A stretch of 64,000 bases of DNA from a virus (IMGVR_UViG_3300025608_000019:1775-65774); one strand, 5' to 3'. Positions 20,331 through 31,869 are shown, counted from the first letter of the stretch. Numbers and translations: made by a program. The notes: generated from the sequence alone by a model not told the origin.

Positions 20331-23300
20331 TTAGAAATTATCAATCTCCGGTAAAGAGAAGTCATTCAGTTCTGATAAATAGCGTCTTCTACCTCCTCCA
20401 GCAAAACCAGAAGTTATTGTAGAATTAGAGTTATACGATGTTAACATACTCTTAGTTATGTTATTTATGTTTTTACCTCCAGCTTTATATTGAGCATATA
20501 CCTCAACGTCGAACTTAAATTCGTTACCAGCTCTATCAAAGATATCTATACCTATTATTTTAGAATAAACTAGGTTTGTAAATTTATTGTTTACAATTCC
20601 TCCAATTCTACCGGTACCTGTTTCTCCAACCCCATAGTAATCAGTCATTCTGTATTGGAATACTAAATCGATACTAATAGAATTTTTTGAACCACCAGGT
20701 ACAATTTTCTTACCAGATTTATTAACAGCATCTACTACAATATCTTGTTCATTGAGAGGTGAAAGATATAAGAAAGATCCACATGAATGTCCACCTAATA
20801 GATACTTATCTTCAGGTTGAAAAGAATTGTTAGAAGTCAATCTAATACCAGCGTTACCTTCATTATTAATAGTTCTTGTGAATCGTATTGGGGTTTGCAT
20901 TTTTCCATAAGCATCAGTAGATCTTCTAACCGCTGTTTTAGGAATTCCTACAAGTCCATTACTTTGAATATCTAATATTGGATGATCTGGTGAAGAGGTT
21001 CCTAAGTTAGCGATATAAGAAGCACCTCGACCTTCCAGTAATGGATGGTCTTTGTGTAAAAATATACCGTTACTATATTCATTATATGTTACAACATTTG
21101 ATTGAGATCCTCCAAGGTTTGTTGCATCTATATTAATATCTCCTGTTGGAGTATTAGAAAATGTACCAGACCATATAAAATCGTCGACTCCATTTGTCGC
21201 ACTAAAGGGTATATCAGTGGTATTCGTGTAATTTTTACCACCATTAGCAAGAACTGATGTAAATGCCGTGTGGTTATATGAAAGACCATATTCGTACATA
21301 TCATAACCTGATACGTCAAGAACATCAATGTCGCCATACGATCCATCATCAGTTGAGATATAATGCCTTCCATCGTTAGCTAAGTTTTTATATCTTGCAT
21401 AAATCCATTGTCCTTTTAACTGCATCGATTGCTCAGGACCTGGATTTGAATAAAGATTTTGATTTTTTGATAATATGTTTTGATAAACTATCGGTGCTAA
21501 ATCATATTGACCTTCGTTCGTATAATATGCGTCATTAATAATGGCAGAATCTAAAGGGTTTGTATTAGCTAGAGTCATATTTCCATTTGCATCTATTTTA
21601 GGTATTCCAAATGGATTATTAAATGATGATGTGTATACCTCTTTGGTAGTATCTCCAATAACTCTAGAAATTAATTCTAAATCAGAAGCCTTAGTATTCG
21701 AAACATCAATTCTAAAATTCTTTGTTACAATACTACCTTTAAAATCTTCTGTAGGTACTTCATCAACATAATATCCAGCAAATAATTTAACTCTAGTATT
21801 GTTTGTAATTGGGGTTGCACTACCGTCTTCATCAATTATTTTAACTACTAATTCTCCAACCTCATTTTCAATGATTCCTCTTAATCTTAGCACCTCATTC
21901 TGAAGGCTTAATAATTTTTCATAAACACTTAATGGAGCTAGACTCTCTGTAGTAAATCCAGAAGCTACTGAAGCTGCGCTATGTGCAAAATACTTATCGC
22001 TTGTTGTAAACGAATCGCTAACGTGAGTATATACTCCTTTTGATTCTAAATCTTGATCTACTTGAACTTTTAAATTATCAAAGTTGTTTACGCCAAGAAT
22101 ATCAGAAATCGCATCAGTTGATAATTCTCCTTCAGGAAATTCTATTCTTGTTATTTCAGACCAATCAGAAGTTACTGGGTTTGCAGGAAATCCTGCTTCA
22201 GATAATGACTTAACCATTATCTCGACAATTTCACCAGAACTGATTGCGATGTCCAAAGAGTTAAAGTTTACAGCTTGTGCATCTTCTTCACTCTCAACTA
22301 CCCACTTGTATACTCCAGCATCGTTTAATTCTCTTTTTCTTACTGGACCATTTACTTCTACCCAATTTGAGAATGCCGCAGTTTTTTCAGATTGGTTATT
22401 ATCATCTGTAAATTTCATTTGTTCAACCTCACTAGTTTTACCTGAAGTAGAAACGTATCTATATCTTATTTTAAACTGTACTACTTCTTGTGAAACTCCA
22501 TCACCTAGTTTTTTAGCGTTTGGAATAGACCAAAAACCACGAACTCTAAATTTAGGAGAGACTTTAGCTAAATCAACAGATTCAGCAGCAGCTTTTATTT
22601 CAGTCACAATAGATGCAAATAACTTAGATTCTGAATCTCTTTCATTAATTAAAGAAGACAATTCACTTTTTTGACTGTCTCTTTCTGTAGAAGATTCAAA
22701 TTTCTTAGTATTTAATACAGCTTTCTTCTGTTTGATAACCTCATCTAATTGCTTAAGATTCTGTTCAACAGATATTTTATCAGATTTTAATTGCTTAATT
22801 TTAGCAACCGTCGTGTTGTTAGTTAAGTGTTTGTTTATTTGAACTACTTTAAAATTAGATTCATTAATTACCGGACTGTCTGGTATAATACCTGAACCAG
22901 CTGGTGGAATGTAATCAACCTTTAATGATTTAATAAATTGTCCAAAATCAGAAACTTCATCTCTATAATATTCAGCAAGATTCTTTTTGTCTCCTTCAGA
23001 ATCTACAATAACTAACTCGTTTGAAAAGAATCCAATTCCTGGAGAGAAATCCTCAGCAGGTACATTTGAGATAGAATCGATTGGTTTTACGAAAACAATT
23101 TGTCTTTCGTCGTATCCAACTTTAACTTCAATCTCTATGTTCGTATCTAAATCTTTATAGATTCCAAGTTGATTTACTCCAATTTTTATTGGTTCAAATC
23201 CTTCAAGTAATTGAAGTTCAATTTGAGTAGTTGAATTGTCTATAGATTTAACTAAATATCTTGTTGAATAATTTCCAGAATTAATAATTAAAGAATCACC

Positions 23301-24086
23301 AACTTTTAAAGCTTCCGTGTCGCTAAGTGATTTAGATGAATCTGTGTAACTTAATTTATTAAGAGTGTATAATTTAATAGTTTTTGTTTGGGTTGAGCCG
23401 TCAATAGTTACTGTTCTCTGAGTGCTGTCTATCTTAACAACATCGAATGCACCTGTATATTGAACATCTCTTATTGGCATATCAACCACTTCTGAATCTA
23501 AATAATATTTTAGATTTTCAGTAGAAATATTATCCTTAAAATTAGAATATACAATTTCGCTACCACCTTTTAAATTATCATCAAAAAACTCTACGGTAGC
23601 AGCATCGTCATTATTTAAAATATATCTTTCAATGTAAACTCTTTCTGTCTCGACTGGAATTTGACCACTTACATCTAAATTAACAGTTAGTAGTGGGTTT
23701 AAAAAGTCTTCAAAAAATTCATTTAATTTCGTGCTAAACTCAGTTGGAGCAGCAAGTGAAGTTATTGACTTAGAAGGACCTTTAAGTCTCGACGTATGTA
23801 TTTTTCTATATGAACCATCTTTAAGCCTTACGTTGGCATTAGCCCCATCAAGGCCGCTAATTGAAGCCATATTCTTATTTAGCCTTTCAATTTCAGATTT
23901 TAAATAACCAAATGCAGGTATCTGAATAGTTTCCATCTGACCTGATTTATTATTAAACAAGTCAATGACAACAGTTTCTTTATCTGTTGTTATTGCCTCA
24001 TTAATTCTATTGAATGTCTCTAGAGAGTTAGTGTTTAACTCTAAGAATTGTTCAAGTAATTGTGATATTGAATTGCTAGCGCTCAT
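20331..24086 (-). CDS. Large putative structural protein with central coiled coil (1251 aa)
   Basis: Intact ORF; coiled coil KIKQLKSDKISVEQNLKQLDEVIKQKK; beta-rich flanks. Confidence 0.6.
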   Translation of the reverse strand: MSASNSISQLLEQFLELNTNSLETFNRINEAITTDKETVVIDLFNNKSGQMETIQIPAFGYLKSEIERLNKNMASISGLDGANANVRLKDGSYRKIHTSRLKGPSKSITSLAAPTEFSTKLNEFFEDFLNPLLTVNLDVSGQIPVETERVYIERYILNNDDAATVEFFDDNLKGGSEIVYSNFKDNISTENLKYYLDSEVVDMPIRDVQYTGAFDVVKIDSTQRTVTIDGSTQTKTIKLYTLNKLSYTDSSKSLSDTEALKVGDSLIINSGNYSTRYLVKSIDNSTTQIELQLLEGFEPIKIGVNQLGIYKDLDTNIEIEVKVGYDERQIVFVKPIDSISNVPAEDFSPGIGFFSNELVIVDSEGDKKNLAEYYRDEVSDFGQFIKSLKVDYIPPAGSGIIPDSPVINESNFKVVQINKHLTNNTTVAKIKQLKSDKISVEQNLKQLDEVIKQKKAVLNTKKFESSTERDSQKSELSSLINERDSESKLFASIVTEIKAAAESVDLAKVSPKFRVRGFWSIPNAKKLGDGVSQEVVQFKIRYRYVSTSGKTSEVEQMKFTDDNNQSEKTAAFSNWVEVNGPVRKRELNDAGVYKWVVESEEDAQAVNFNSLDIAISSGEIVEIMVKSLSEAGFPANPVTSDWSEITRIEFPEGELSTDAISDILGVNNFDNLKVQVDQDLESKGVYTHVSDSFTTSDKYFAHSAASVASGFTTESLAPLSVYEKLLSLQNEVLRLRGIIENEVGELVVKIIDEDGSATPITNNTRVKLFAGYYVDEVPTEDFKGSIVTKNFRIDVSNTKASDLELISRVIGDTTKEVYTSSFNNPFGIPKIDANGNMTLANTNPLDSAIINDAYYTNEGQYDLAPIVYQNILSKNQNLYSNPGPEQSMQLKGQWIYARYKNLANDGRHYISTDDGSYGDIDVLDVSGYDMYEYGLSYNHTAFTSVLANGGKNYTNTTDIPFSATNGVDDFIWSGTFSNTPTGDINIDATNLGGSQSNVVTYNEYSNGIFLHKDHPLLEGRGASYIANLGTSSPDHPILDIQSNGLVGIPKTAVRRSTDAYGKMQTPIRFTRTINNEGNAGIRLTSNNSFQPEDKYLLGGHSCGSFLYLSPLNEQDIVVDAVNKSGKKIVPGGSKNSISIDLVFQYRMTDYYGVGETGTGRIGGIVNNKFTNLVYSKIIGIDIFDRAGNEFKFDVEVYAQYKAGGKNINNITKSMLTSYNSNSTITSGFAGGGRRRYLSELNDFSLPEIDNF

Positions 24087-24087
24087 A

Positions 24088-26040
24088 TTATCTTATAATT
24101 TCTAGTTCAAATGTTTTTGCTACTTTATCAGTACAAATAAGCTCAAAGTAAGGTTTAAAGCTTAATAGGTTATTTGTATCGACTGTAGCCTTAAGCATCC
24201 AACCATTATTTTTATCTGTGTAGATATTAATCTTTTTTGTTCCTAATTCTGGTAAATCATCTTTAAAAGAAAACTTAATAGTTTGTCCAATTTCCCATTG
24301 ATTAATACTATCATCTAAGTATATATCGATATTACCGTTTAGAGAACCAGTTCCAGTGTGAACCATTAATAAATTTTCATATGGTTTTACTCTTAAAATA
24401 ATACCTTCAGCCGAAGCGTTTGATGGATTAAATTTATTAGAAGCGTTTATTAAAGTACCTGTACTCCCAGACACTATATCGTAATTATATAATTTAGGTA
24501 AAGAATACCCATAATTAGAGTTTACAATTTTAATTTTACCCTTTGTTGATTTATCAATAATTGTACCATTCCCAGCACCAACAACATCAGTGTTATATTG
24601 AATTTCAGCAGGGATTGATCCATCGATTATTTGATTAACTCTTCCATTTACCGACGTTATCATGTCTAATATTGAAGATGAATTTGAATAATTTAAAGAA
24701 GCTGATTCTACGTCTGATTCTAAAGATTCTACTCTGTTTAGAATATTCTCTTGTTGATTTGATGTAAATAACAAGTTTTCTAGTTCATCAACTCTTTCCG
24801 CTATTTTATTATAAGCATTTGTTGCTTCAACAAGTAATCTAGCAGCATTCTCAAGAGAAGTTGTAGTATCTAGGAATATGTCCATAGAAAATGTCGAGAA
24901 GTCATTAATGTTATTCTCAACACCAACATTATCAAGTGAGCTATTAAATTTAACGTTTAGCTTAAGAGCGAAAGCGTTACCATTTAGCCCAGTTACTTCG
25001 TTTGGTTTATATTTAGTTAATTCAGGTATATAATAACCAGTACTTCCTGGATCATTTTTCCAATTATCTAAAATTATAATACCATATAGGTTAGTTGCTT
25101 TGTTTGCAATATTTGATTTTGAATATACGTCATAATAAACTAAGATCGCGTTAAATCTAAAATCTCCACCTCTTTGTGAATATTCTAAGAAATTATTTAG
25201 CTTAGCATCGCTTATTATTTTTGCATATACTTCAGGATTCCACTCAATACCATAAGAATACCCCGTCGTTGTATCAAGACTGATATTACCGGTTGCGGTA
25301 TCTCCAATAGCTTCTAAATCAAGTTTAGGATCTGGATGTGTTTGACCTGCTCTACCGTTTATTTCGTTCTGTGTTATATTATACTCGGTAGCTGTTGTAT
25401 TAAAGTTCGAAGATTTAAAAAGGATATTTGGCGTATATCCAACTGAAGAGGGAACATTTACAAATATTTCATTGTAAACATTTCCTTGATAGTTTTTATC
25501 ATTCGAAACATCTATGTTTCCAATATACTGAACAACTCTACTATAATTAGTACCGATGTTCGAAGTATTATTTGGGACCTCGATTGCTCTAGAATATGAA
25601 CCAGCAACTTCTTGCGAAGTTCCTTGCTGTAATCTAATACCTCCAATATGGTTTAACCACTTAAAGAATATTTTTTCAGCGTCAGAAGCATATAAAACTG
25701 AATCAAAGTCATCATCATTTAAAATAAAGTTTTCTAAGTTTAAGGCGTAATTTTGAAATGTATTTGCAAAATGTATATTTGCATCAGGATCTGCAACACC
25801 AGCTCCTGTACCATCGTCATATTGCGATGCTGTTTGACCATCATATAAATTACTAAATTGAATGTAATTATCACCACTTGAAGGCGTAGCAACAACTGGA
25901 ATGTCAAGAAGCGCGAACTTCGAGTATTCAAAATTTATATCTGGGTTGTAGTATGCTCTCGTCAAGTCCCTTGCAGCACTTGAGAATGCGTACATAGTAC
26001 CACCTTGTTCCTGAGGGATTCTTATTAATGGTGTAGCCAT
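24088..26040 (-). CDS. Putative baseplate structural protein (650 aa)
   Basis: Intact ORF in the structural block; coiled coil IAERVDELENLL. Confidence 0.55.
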   Translation of the reverse strand: MATPLIRIPQEQGGTMYAFSSAARDLTRAYYNPDINFEYSKFALLDIPVVATPSSGDNYIQFSNLYDGQTASQYDDGTGAGVADPDANIHFANTFQNYALNLENFILNDDDFDSVLYASDAEKIFFKWLNHIGGIRLQQGTSQEVAGSYSRAIEVPNNTSNIGTNYSRVVQYIGNIDVSNDKNYQGNVYNEIFVNVPSSVGYTPNILFKSSNFNTTATEYNITQNEINGRAGQTHPDPKLDLEAIGDTATGNISLDTTTGYSYGIEWNPEVYAKIISDAKLNNFLEYSQRGGDFRFNAILVYYDVYSKSNIANKATNLYGIIILDNWKNDPGSTGYYIPELTKYKPNEVTGLNGNAFALKLNVKFNSSLDNVGVENNINDFSTFSMDIFLDTTTSLENAARLLVEATNAYNKIAERVDELENLLFTSNQQENILNRVESLESDVESASLNYSNSSSILDMITSVNGRVNQIIDGSIPAEIQYNTDVVGAGNGTIIDKSTKGKIKIVNSNYGYSLPKLYNYDIVSGSTGTLINASNKFNPSNASAEGIILRVKPYENLLMVHTGTGSLNGNIDIYLDDSINQWEIGQTIKFSFKDDLPELGTKKINIYTDKNNGWMLKATVDTNNLLSFKPYFELICTDKVAKTFELEIIR

Positions 26041-26062
26041 TTAATTTGGTTTTTGTTTTTTA

Positions 26063-26632
26063 TTATGAGTTGTTAGAAATTACATACCATGAAGATCCGT
26101 AATATCTAAGTGTAATTGCTCTATCCGCTAGCACTGTAATATCAGTAGTGTATCCAGCGATTGGCCTGTTTGCACCGTTTACTTCAAAAGTAACTGGACC
26201 TCCATTTGCAATAAACGTAACTTCTCTACCTTCTAGCGCTCCAAACAAAGAGATCGGGGCAGTGAACGACGATGCGTCTATAAAATAAGTAGATTCTTCA
26301 TACTGGTTAACAGCAGGAATCGTTGTTACACCAGACGCCGCTGAGCTGCTTGCTTCATAACTAATACCTTTTTGTAAAACAACGTTAGCAGAATACTTAG
26401 ATTCTACATTGCTAACAATTTGATTTGGTGTTACTGCGAATTTAATAGAACCATTGAATACTTCTAATTCTCCGGAAATAACTTTACCAGTAAGCGTTAA
26501 ATTCTGATTACTAGTATCTAATAATGCCTCGATCGCAGAAAGTCCAGTGTTTAATTCTGAAAAATTATCGTTAAGGATAATTCTAGAAGAAGATAGACTA
26601 TCTGTTCCTAATATTTGTGTAATGTTTGCCAT
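26063..26632 (-). CDS. Small fibre/baseplate-associated protein
   Basis: N-terminus ITQILGTDSLSSSRIILNDNFSEL resembles the N...NF..L starts of the two fibre genes. Confidence 0.5.
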   Translation of the reverse strand: MANITQILGTDSLSSSRIILNDNFSELNTGLSAIEALLDTSNQNLTLTGKVISGELEVFNGSIKFAVTPNQIVSNVESKYSANVVLQKGISYEASSSAASGVTTIPAVNQYEESTYFIDASSFTAPISLFGALEGREVTFIANGGPVTFEVNGANRPIAGYTTDITVLADRAITLRYYGSSWYVISNNS

Positions 26633-26633
26633 T

Positions 26634-29405
26634 TTAAATGATTTTAATTATATTTTTATTTGTTGTATTTGTATTTCCATTAACATCCATAATCTCTAGC
26701 TCAACTGAGTAATCACCCTTGCTTTTAAACAAATGAGTCAGATACTTATTATTATAATATATATCCTTTATATTTAGTGTATTATTTTTCAATATCCATT
26801 TTTGAGAAACAATACCTGGCATGTTCGTTGTATCATAAGACAGTGTCAAATGGTTTAGCATTCTTAATTCTTTATGAGAATCTATTAACTCTACGTCAAA
26901 GAACGTTGGATTGTAACATTCATGGTGTTGTTCAGACCCTGCAATTACAGTACCTCCTAATGGGTTATTAAACCCAACAGTTTCATATTCATATGATCTT
27001 GAAGGCTCTTTACCTACAGCTAATATATGATAACATTCATCAACTATTCCATCTCCATTATTATCTATTAGTATTGCATTAAAATTAAATTTAGTGATAA
27101 CTGGATAATCGATTGGATTTAATGAATTTAATTCAGTCGCAACATTGTTCCATGCTGTTATATCAGACTGATTGGCAGGGTATGGTGCTTGTATTATATA
27201 AGAATCAGTAATTAATTGATTAGTTACTGGATGAATTTGTGAAATTTGGAAAAAATGACCGTTAGAATATACTTGATCATTTCTAATATCAATTTTAAAA
27301 GACGCATTAATATCTCCGCCAACTCTAGTCATATTCCAATCAATATCTTGACCGTCATTCCATACATGAGGTTTTAATTCATTCCATCTGTATGGGCCAG
27401 TAGTTTCACCAAAACCAGTCAGGCTTGAGTTATCCGCAAATCTTCTAACTGTTGAGAATTCAAAACCTCCAACATCTTCAGCGTCGTGAACGTAATTTGC
27501 TCGATCAAGCGTTAAGTAATATGTAGCAATCATATCATCAACCTCATCTAAATGTTCTGTTGAATGATCCCAATCTGAGCCAACCTGATTCCACTGATAT
27601 TTGTATTGATTCCAGTTTAATTTTGGAAGTAATTTTTGAGAAACACCGTAAACCTCTACATTTTTATTTTTTACATTAATATAGTCAGTTTTTCTGTAAG
27701 AACTTCTAACATTAAATAAATCATACATTCCTAACTCTATACTATAATCACCGGCAAATGGTAAAACAATTGCAAGCTTTGAATATGTATCAATACTTCC
27801 CCTATATGTTTTTAAATATCCATTAGGTCCTGATATGATCCATTCGACTTCATAAATATTTTGTTTCCACCAGTTATTCCATTCTAAATGATCGTCTCCA
27901 GTATCTGTTGCGTCCATCCATGAAAATTCAGCTTCATCCCAAGTATCTTTATATGATTCTACATTTAATACAAGAGGTGCTCCAACTGGAATTCCTGCAA
28001 TAGTGTTAAACGTATTTAAATTTTTATCGTAATATTCTGTGTAGAAATTATTAATAGAATCAATAACCTCTGTATTAACCGAAGTTTCAGTTATTGGATT
28101 TACAGTAACATCAAGAGGAAACGTTTGATCTATTCCAGTTAATCTATAATCAACCTTTCTTAAATCTTCAATAAATAATTGTCTATCTTCAGGGTATCTT
28201 TTAAATTCAACTTCTACACCAGCGGTTTGGTTTTTAATAACTTGTTGGTTATTCCAAACATTCATATTAAATTGTGAAAAGTAATCCCCTTCTCCTGTGA
28301 TATCTACAATTTTAGCTTGTAGCGGTAAATAATCTTTTTGTAGCTTTCTCTTAAGACCATATAATTTTATAAGTACCTCGTCTGGAGAAAAATCAAGAGA
28401 TTCTTTTACTGTTGGGATATCCCATTCATCTAAACCGCCATCAGCCTCATTTAGTCTATATACTAAAGAAAATCTTGATGTTTTCTTTTGGTTTGAATTT
28501 GGAAGATTATTTCCATTATTCTTGTTTGCTAAAAAACCAACAACATCTTGATTTGGTACAGCAACAGCTTTTAATTTACCAAAATTTTCAGATTGTTCAT
28601 TTATATTTAGCCAATATTCTTTTAGCGTTATTTTATCATAACCAAAGAAATCAATTGCATTTAAAAGAGCTTTATAAGTTCCAATAAATGGTTTAATTTG
28701 AGAGGCTTGCAGTAATAACTCTTTTCTTTTTTCATTTAATATTTTCCAATCAGTTGAAAGCTCTTTAATGTCTGATTTTTTAAAAATAAAATAATCAGTT
28801 TCTTCAAGCAACATTCCCATGTTTGATAAAAGAACTCTTAATCTTTCGTCTTCGCCTTCAACCTCACCATATATTCTGATTCTTGCGATCTCAGTTACAT
28901 CACCACCATTATATGGAGGCTCATAAATTCTAAGTATTCTTGTGTGATATCCTTCAACATCACTGTTTAGAGCTATATTATATGTTAACGCGTTAGATGG
29001 TGCACTACTGTTTGTTACAATACGCCCTGATACAGAATTAAATCCATTATAATAGTTAACAGAATCTAAAACATATTGCTCTTGTGTATCATTTATCTCT
29101 ATAAATAAATCTCCGTCCTTTTGCGTCGCACCATATAAAAATATGTCAGTGCTAAACTCATAATCGTTTAAAAACTCAGCAACGTATTTTGATTTTTGAG
29201 TTGATCCTGAAATTGGGGTAACCATTCTCTCGTTGCCAAGAGATCCTTCTACCTTTTCAAGTATATGAATTGAAAGAGTTTCATATAATCCAGAAGAAAC
29301 TTCTGGTAAATAACAAACGCCCTCCCAAACAAGATCATCCTGATTATAAATCAGGTTTAGGTCATTTGAGTTACTATCAAAAAATCTTAAATTTTGAATT
29401 GCCAT
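26634..29405 (-). CDS. Baseplate wedge protein (P2 gpI / T4 gp7-like) with Ig/PKD-like domains
   Basis: GTYKALLNAIDFFGYDKITLKEYW (gpI-type GT..AL...G....EW); two GDYS(I/V)EL...D PKD-like strands; follows the gp6-like gene. Confidence 0.55.
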   Translation of the reverse strand: MAIQNLRFFDSNSNDLNLIYNQDDLVWEGVCYLPEVSSGLYETLSIHILEKVEGSLGNERMVTPISGSTQKSKYVAEFLNDYEFSTDIFLYGATQKDGDLFIEINDTQEQYVLDSVNYYNGFNSVSGRIVTNSSAPSNALTYNIALNSDVEGYHTRILRIYEPPYNGGDVTEIARIRIYGEVEGEDERLRVLLSNMGMLLEETDYFIFKKSDIKELSTDWKILNEKRKELLLQASQIKPFIGTYKALLNAIDFFGYDKITLKEYWLNINEQSENFGKLKAVAVPNQDVVGFLANKNNGNNLPNSNQKKTSRFSLVYRLNEADGGLDEWDIPTVKESLDFSPDEVLIKLYGLKRKLQKDYLPLQAKIVDITGEGDYFSQFNMNVWNNQQVIKNQTAGVEVEFKRYPEDRQLFIEDLRKVDYRLTGIDQTFPLDVTVNPITETSVNTEVIDSINNFYTEYYDKNLNTFNTIAGIPVGAPLVLNVESYKDTWDEAEFSWMDATDTGDDHLEWNNWWKQNIYEVEWIISGPNGYLKTYRGSIDTYSKLAIVLPFAGDYSIELGMYDLFNVRSSYRKTDYINVKNKNVEVYGVSQKLLPKLNWNQYKYQWNQVGSDWDHSTEHLDEVDDMIATYYLTLDRANYVHDAEDVGGFEFSTVRRFADNSSLTGFGETTGPYRWNELKPHVWNDGQDIDWNMTRVGGDINASFKIDIRNDQVYSNGHFFQISQIHPVTNQLITDSYIIQAPYPANQSDITAWNNVATELNSLNPIDYPVITKFNFNAILIDNNGDGIVDECYHILAVGKEPSRSYEYETVGFNNPLGGTVIAGSEQHHECYNPTFFDVELIDSHKELRMLNHLTLSYDTTNMPGIVSQKWILKNNTLNIKDIYYNNKYLTHLFKSKGDYSVELEIMDVNGNTNTTNKNIIKII

Positions 29406-29408
29406 TTG

Positions 29409-29678
29409 TTATCTTACTTTTTTGTCATTCTTTTTAATAGTATATGACTTATATGTTTTTAAATACGAAACACTATCGATTAAATCAGCAACGACATGCT
29501 GTATCATTATTAAAAAATCTGTTAAATTAGGATTTCTTTGAATATGTCTTGAAAGAGAATTTAATAAAACGTTCTCTCTATAATCATTACCAACATGCTT
29601 TCGATCATCTAAGATATTCTTTCTAACATCATAGTTTCTCTTTTTTCTTACTTTAAATAAATTTTTAGTAACGTCCAT
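29409..29678 (-). CDS. Small baseplate-associated hypothetical protein
   Basis: 89 aa; TAATG-coupled to the gp6-like gene. Confidence 0.55.
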   Translation of the reverse strand: MDVTKNLFKVRKKRNYDVRKNILDDRKHVGNDYRENVLLNSLSRHIQRNPNLTDFLIMIQHVVADLIDSVSYLKTYKSYTIKKNDKKVR

Positions 29679-31498
29679 TATAGTGCTTTTCTATTTTGTG
29701 CCTGCATTTTAGAGAAAATAGTGTTCTTAACAGCAGGTTCGTCAAAGTATATTGAAAGAGCTGCCTGTTCTCCCATTTTAGCGTCATCTAATATTATTAC
29801 GCTTTCTCTATCCATCCAATCTCCTCTAAATAGTGCAACTTCTTCTTTTTCAAGAAGTATATCTCCAAATGAATCTAAATTTATTACATTTTCTGGAAGA
29901 GCTGCATTCGGCTCAAAATTAACCTGATTCTTAGTTACTGTTCTTTTAAAGAAAACATATTTTTGTTTCCCATTACCTATACCTTCAAGAACCGGAGTAG
30001 ATGGTGTAACATTTACCGTTTCAGTAACATAATAACCAAGTCTTCTCGCTGTTTCCTCTTTTTCTGATGTAAATTTAACGTTTACCGAATCAATACCTTC
30101 AATGCCTTCTAAAAGAGCAATAATGTCTGATTTTGGTAAGCGATCTCTTCTTGTTATATTAATTAAGTACTCAGATATTTTAGCTCTAATTTCAGAATAA
30201 AGAGCAGGTTTATTAAATCCTTCAAAATATCTTACCTTAACATCCATTCTAAAATACTGTACCTTAGGTTCTACAATTTTTACCTCGGTAGTTACCATTT
30301 GTCTTCCACTATTTTCTAAAGTTTGCAAAATTCCATTCTTTTCGTCTTCAGAAAAGAAGAACTCATCTACAGGAATATTAAAGTAGTCATTATTCTTTGT
30401 TAGTTTTCTTTTAGTGTCTGGTAACATAAATAAATATATCACATTATCATCGTCAATATAACCATCATCAGTTGTATTATAAGCATCTAGATATGAAAAC
30501 ATACCATACTTAGATAAAAATGCTTCGTAATTATTCGGTGTTGCTAGAACAAAAGAATGTGATTGTAGTGGCGCTAATAATTTAGTAAGCTCAGTACTTT
30601 CAGGATCTGATCCCATTTTCGGTGCAATTGTAAAACTTGCCTCCAGCATTTCGTTTAAATCGAATGTTTCTCCAACAGAATCGAATCCTTCTGTATCAAA
30701 TTTAAATCTTAAATCTTTTGAACCACTTAAATTACCAGCAGCCCCATCTGTTACTAAGTATTCTATTTCAATAGTAGCCCCTTCATTTGGGATACTACCA
30801 AATGATCCATTACCAAAATAAATATCTAAACCACCAGAAATTCCAGTCTTAACTAAATATCCTTTAGTTCCTACTTTCATATCATATAGAGAATCATATT
30901 TACTCCATAATTCACTATTAACTAGAACCCTAACTGAATGGTGATCTGTATTTCCTTTGATAATAATATTAAATGATTGTAAACTATCTCCAGTTCCGGT
31001 AACATCTTGCTTTTCTATTTTACCCTGTACTACTGGAATATTTATATAACTTGAATTACTTTTCTCAATTCTAAATTGATCTTGATTCGTCTTTAAAACA
31101 TATTCTAAACCGTTCTTTTCAGACTTAATAACTGTGTTCGCTGGTATATTTAGAGCATCTCCAGCAATATCGTCTCCAGCAGAAGTATTTAATCTTAATT
31201 GGATTTCTCCAATAGCGGAGGTACCTCTAAATGAATCATGACCAGCCAATCTTGATAAACCATATATTGATTCTGGGTTTTGTGCTGTTAAAATATTTTG
31301 CTCAATTGTAGAATCTTCAACATAATAAAATATCATTTCAGTTAGTTGAGAAAGAACGCTCAATATTTGGGAAAATGGAGATGCTGTCGTAAATAATTCG
31401 CCAGCTCGGCCATAAACCCTAGCAATGTATGATTGTGTGTCTTCAATCATTTCACTGGCTCTAATTCTAGCCGTTGATAAAAATTTAAATTCTGCCAT
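29678..31498 (-). CDS. gp6: Baseplate wedge subunit (T4 gp6 / baseplate J-like)
   Basis: SIYGLSRLAGH, IPVVQG, LDIYFGNGSFGSIP..GATIEIEYLVTDGAAGN, GSDPES; follows the gp25-like gene. Confidence 0.85.
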   Translation of the reverse strand: MAEFKFLSTARIRASEMIEDTQSYIARVYGRAGELFTTASPFSQILSVLSQLTEMIFYYVEDSTIEQNILTAQNPESIYGLSRLAGHDSFRGTSAIGEIQLRLNTSAGDDIAGDALNIPANTVIKSEKNGLEYVLKTNQDQFRIEKSNSSYINIPVVQGKIEKQDVTGTGDSLQSFNIIIKGNTDHHSVRVLVNSELWSKYDSLYDMKVGTKGYLVKTGISGGLDIYFGNGSFGSIPNEGATIEIEYLVTDGAAGNLSGSKDLRFKFDTEGFDSVGETFDLNEMLEASFTIAPKMGSDPESTELTKLLAPLQSHSFVLATPNNYEAFLSKYGMFSYLDAYNTTDDGYIDDDNVIYLFMLPDTKRKLTKNNDYFNIPVDEFFFSEDEKNGILQTLENSGRQMVTTEVKIVEPKVQYFRMDVKVRYFEGFNKPALYSEIRAKISEYLINITRRDRLPKSDIIALLEGIEGIDSVNVKFTSEKEETARRLGYYVTETVNVTPSTPVLEGIGNGKQKYVFFKRTVTKNQVNFEPNAALPENVINLDSFGDILLEKEEVALFRGDWMDRESVIILDDAKMGEQAALSIYFDEPAVKNTIFSKMQAQNRKAL

Positions 31499-31515
31499 TT
31501 GTTATTTATTCTATT

Positions 31516-31869
31516 TTATATATAGATTTCTACTTTGTATGTATTATCTATCGTTATATCTACAAACACTACGTTTCTTTCATTTTGGCCTAAAAACTCA
31601 ACCTCAACTTGTGTGTTATATTTTCTACTTAAAGGAATGTATCTATTAAATTGTTCGGTTATAACATTCTTTAACATTGAATCGTTAAACATAAATGAAT
31701 ACACGTAGTCCTCTAAATTTGCACCAAATCCAGGGTCTCCTAATACATCTCCTTTTTTTGTAAAAATGCATGTTTCTATTTGAGTTAATAACATTCCTAT
31801 TTCCTCACTAGATTCCATAAAAGAGGCATCAAACCCAGGATCCTCCATGTTCTTTATGTAAAATTCCAT
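31516..31869 (-). CDS. gp25: Baseplate wedge gp25 / GpW-like
   Basis: KGDVLGDPGFGANLEDYVY motif; 117 aa; upstream of the gp6-like gene. Confidence 0.8.
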   Translation of the reverse strand: MEFYIKNMEDPGFDASFMESSEEIGMLLTQIETCIFTKKGDVLGDPGFGANLEDYVYSFMFNDSMLKNVITEQFNRYIPLSRKYNTQVEVEFLGQNERNVVFVDITIDNTYKVEIYI

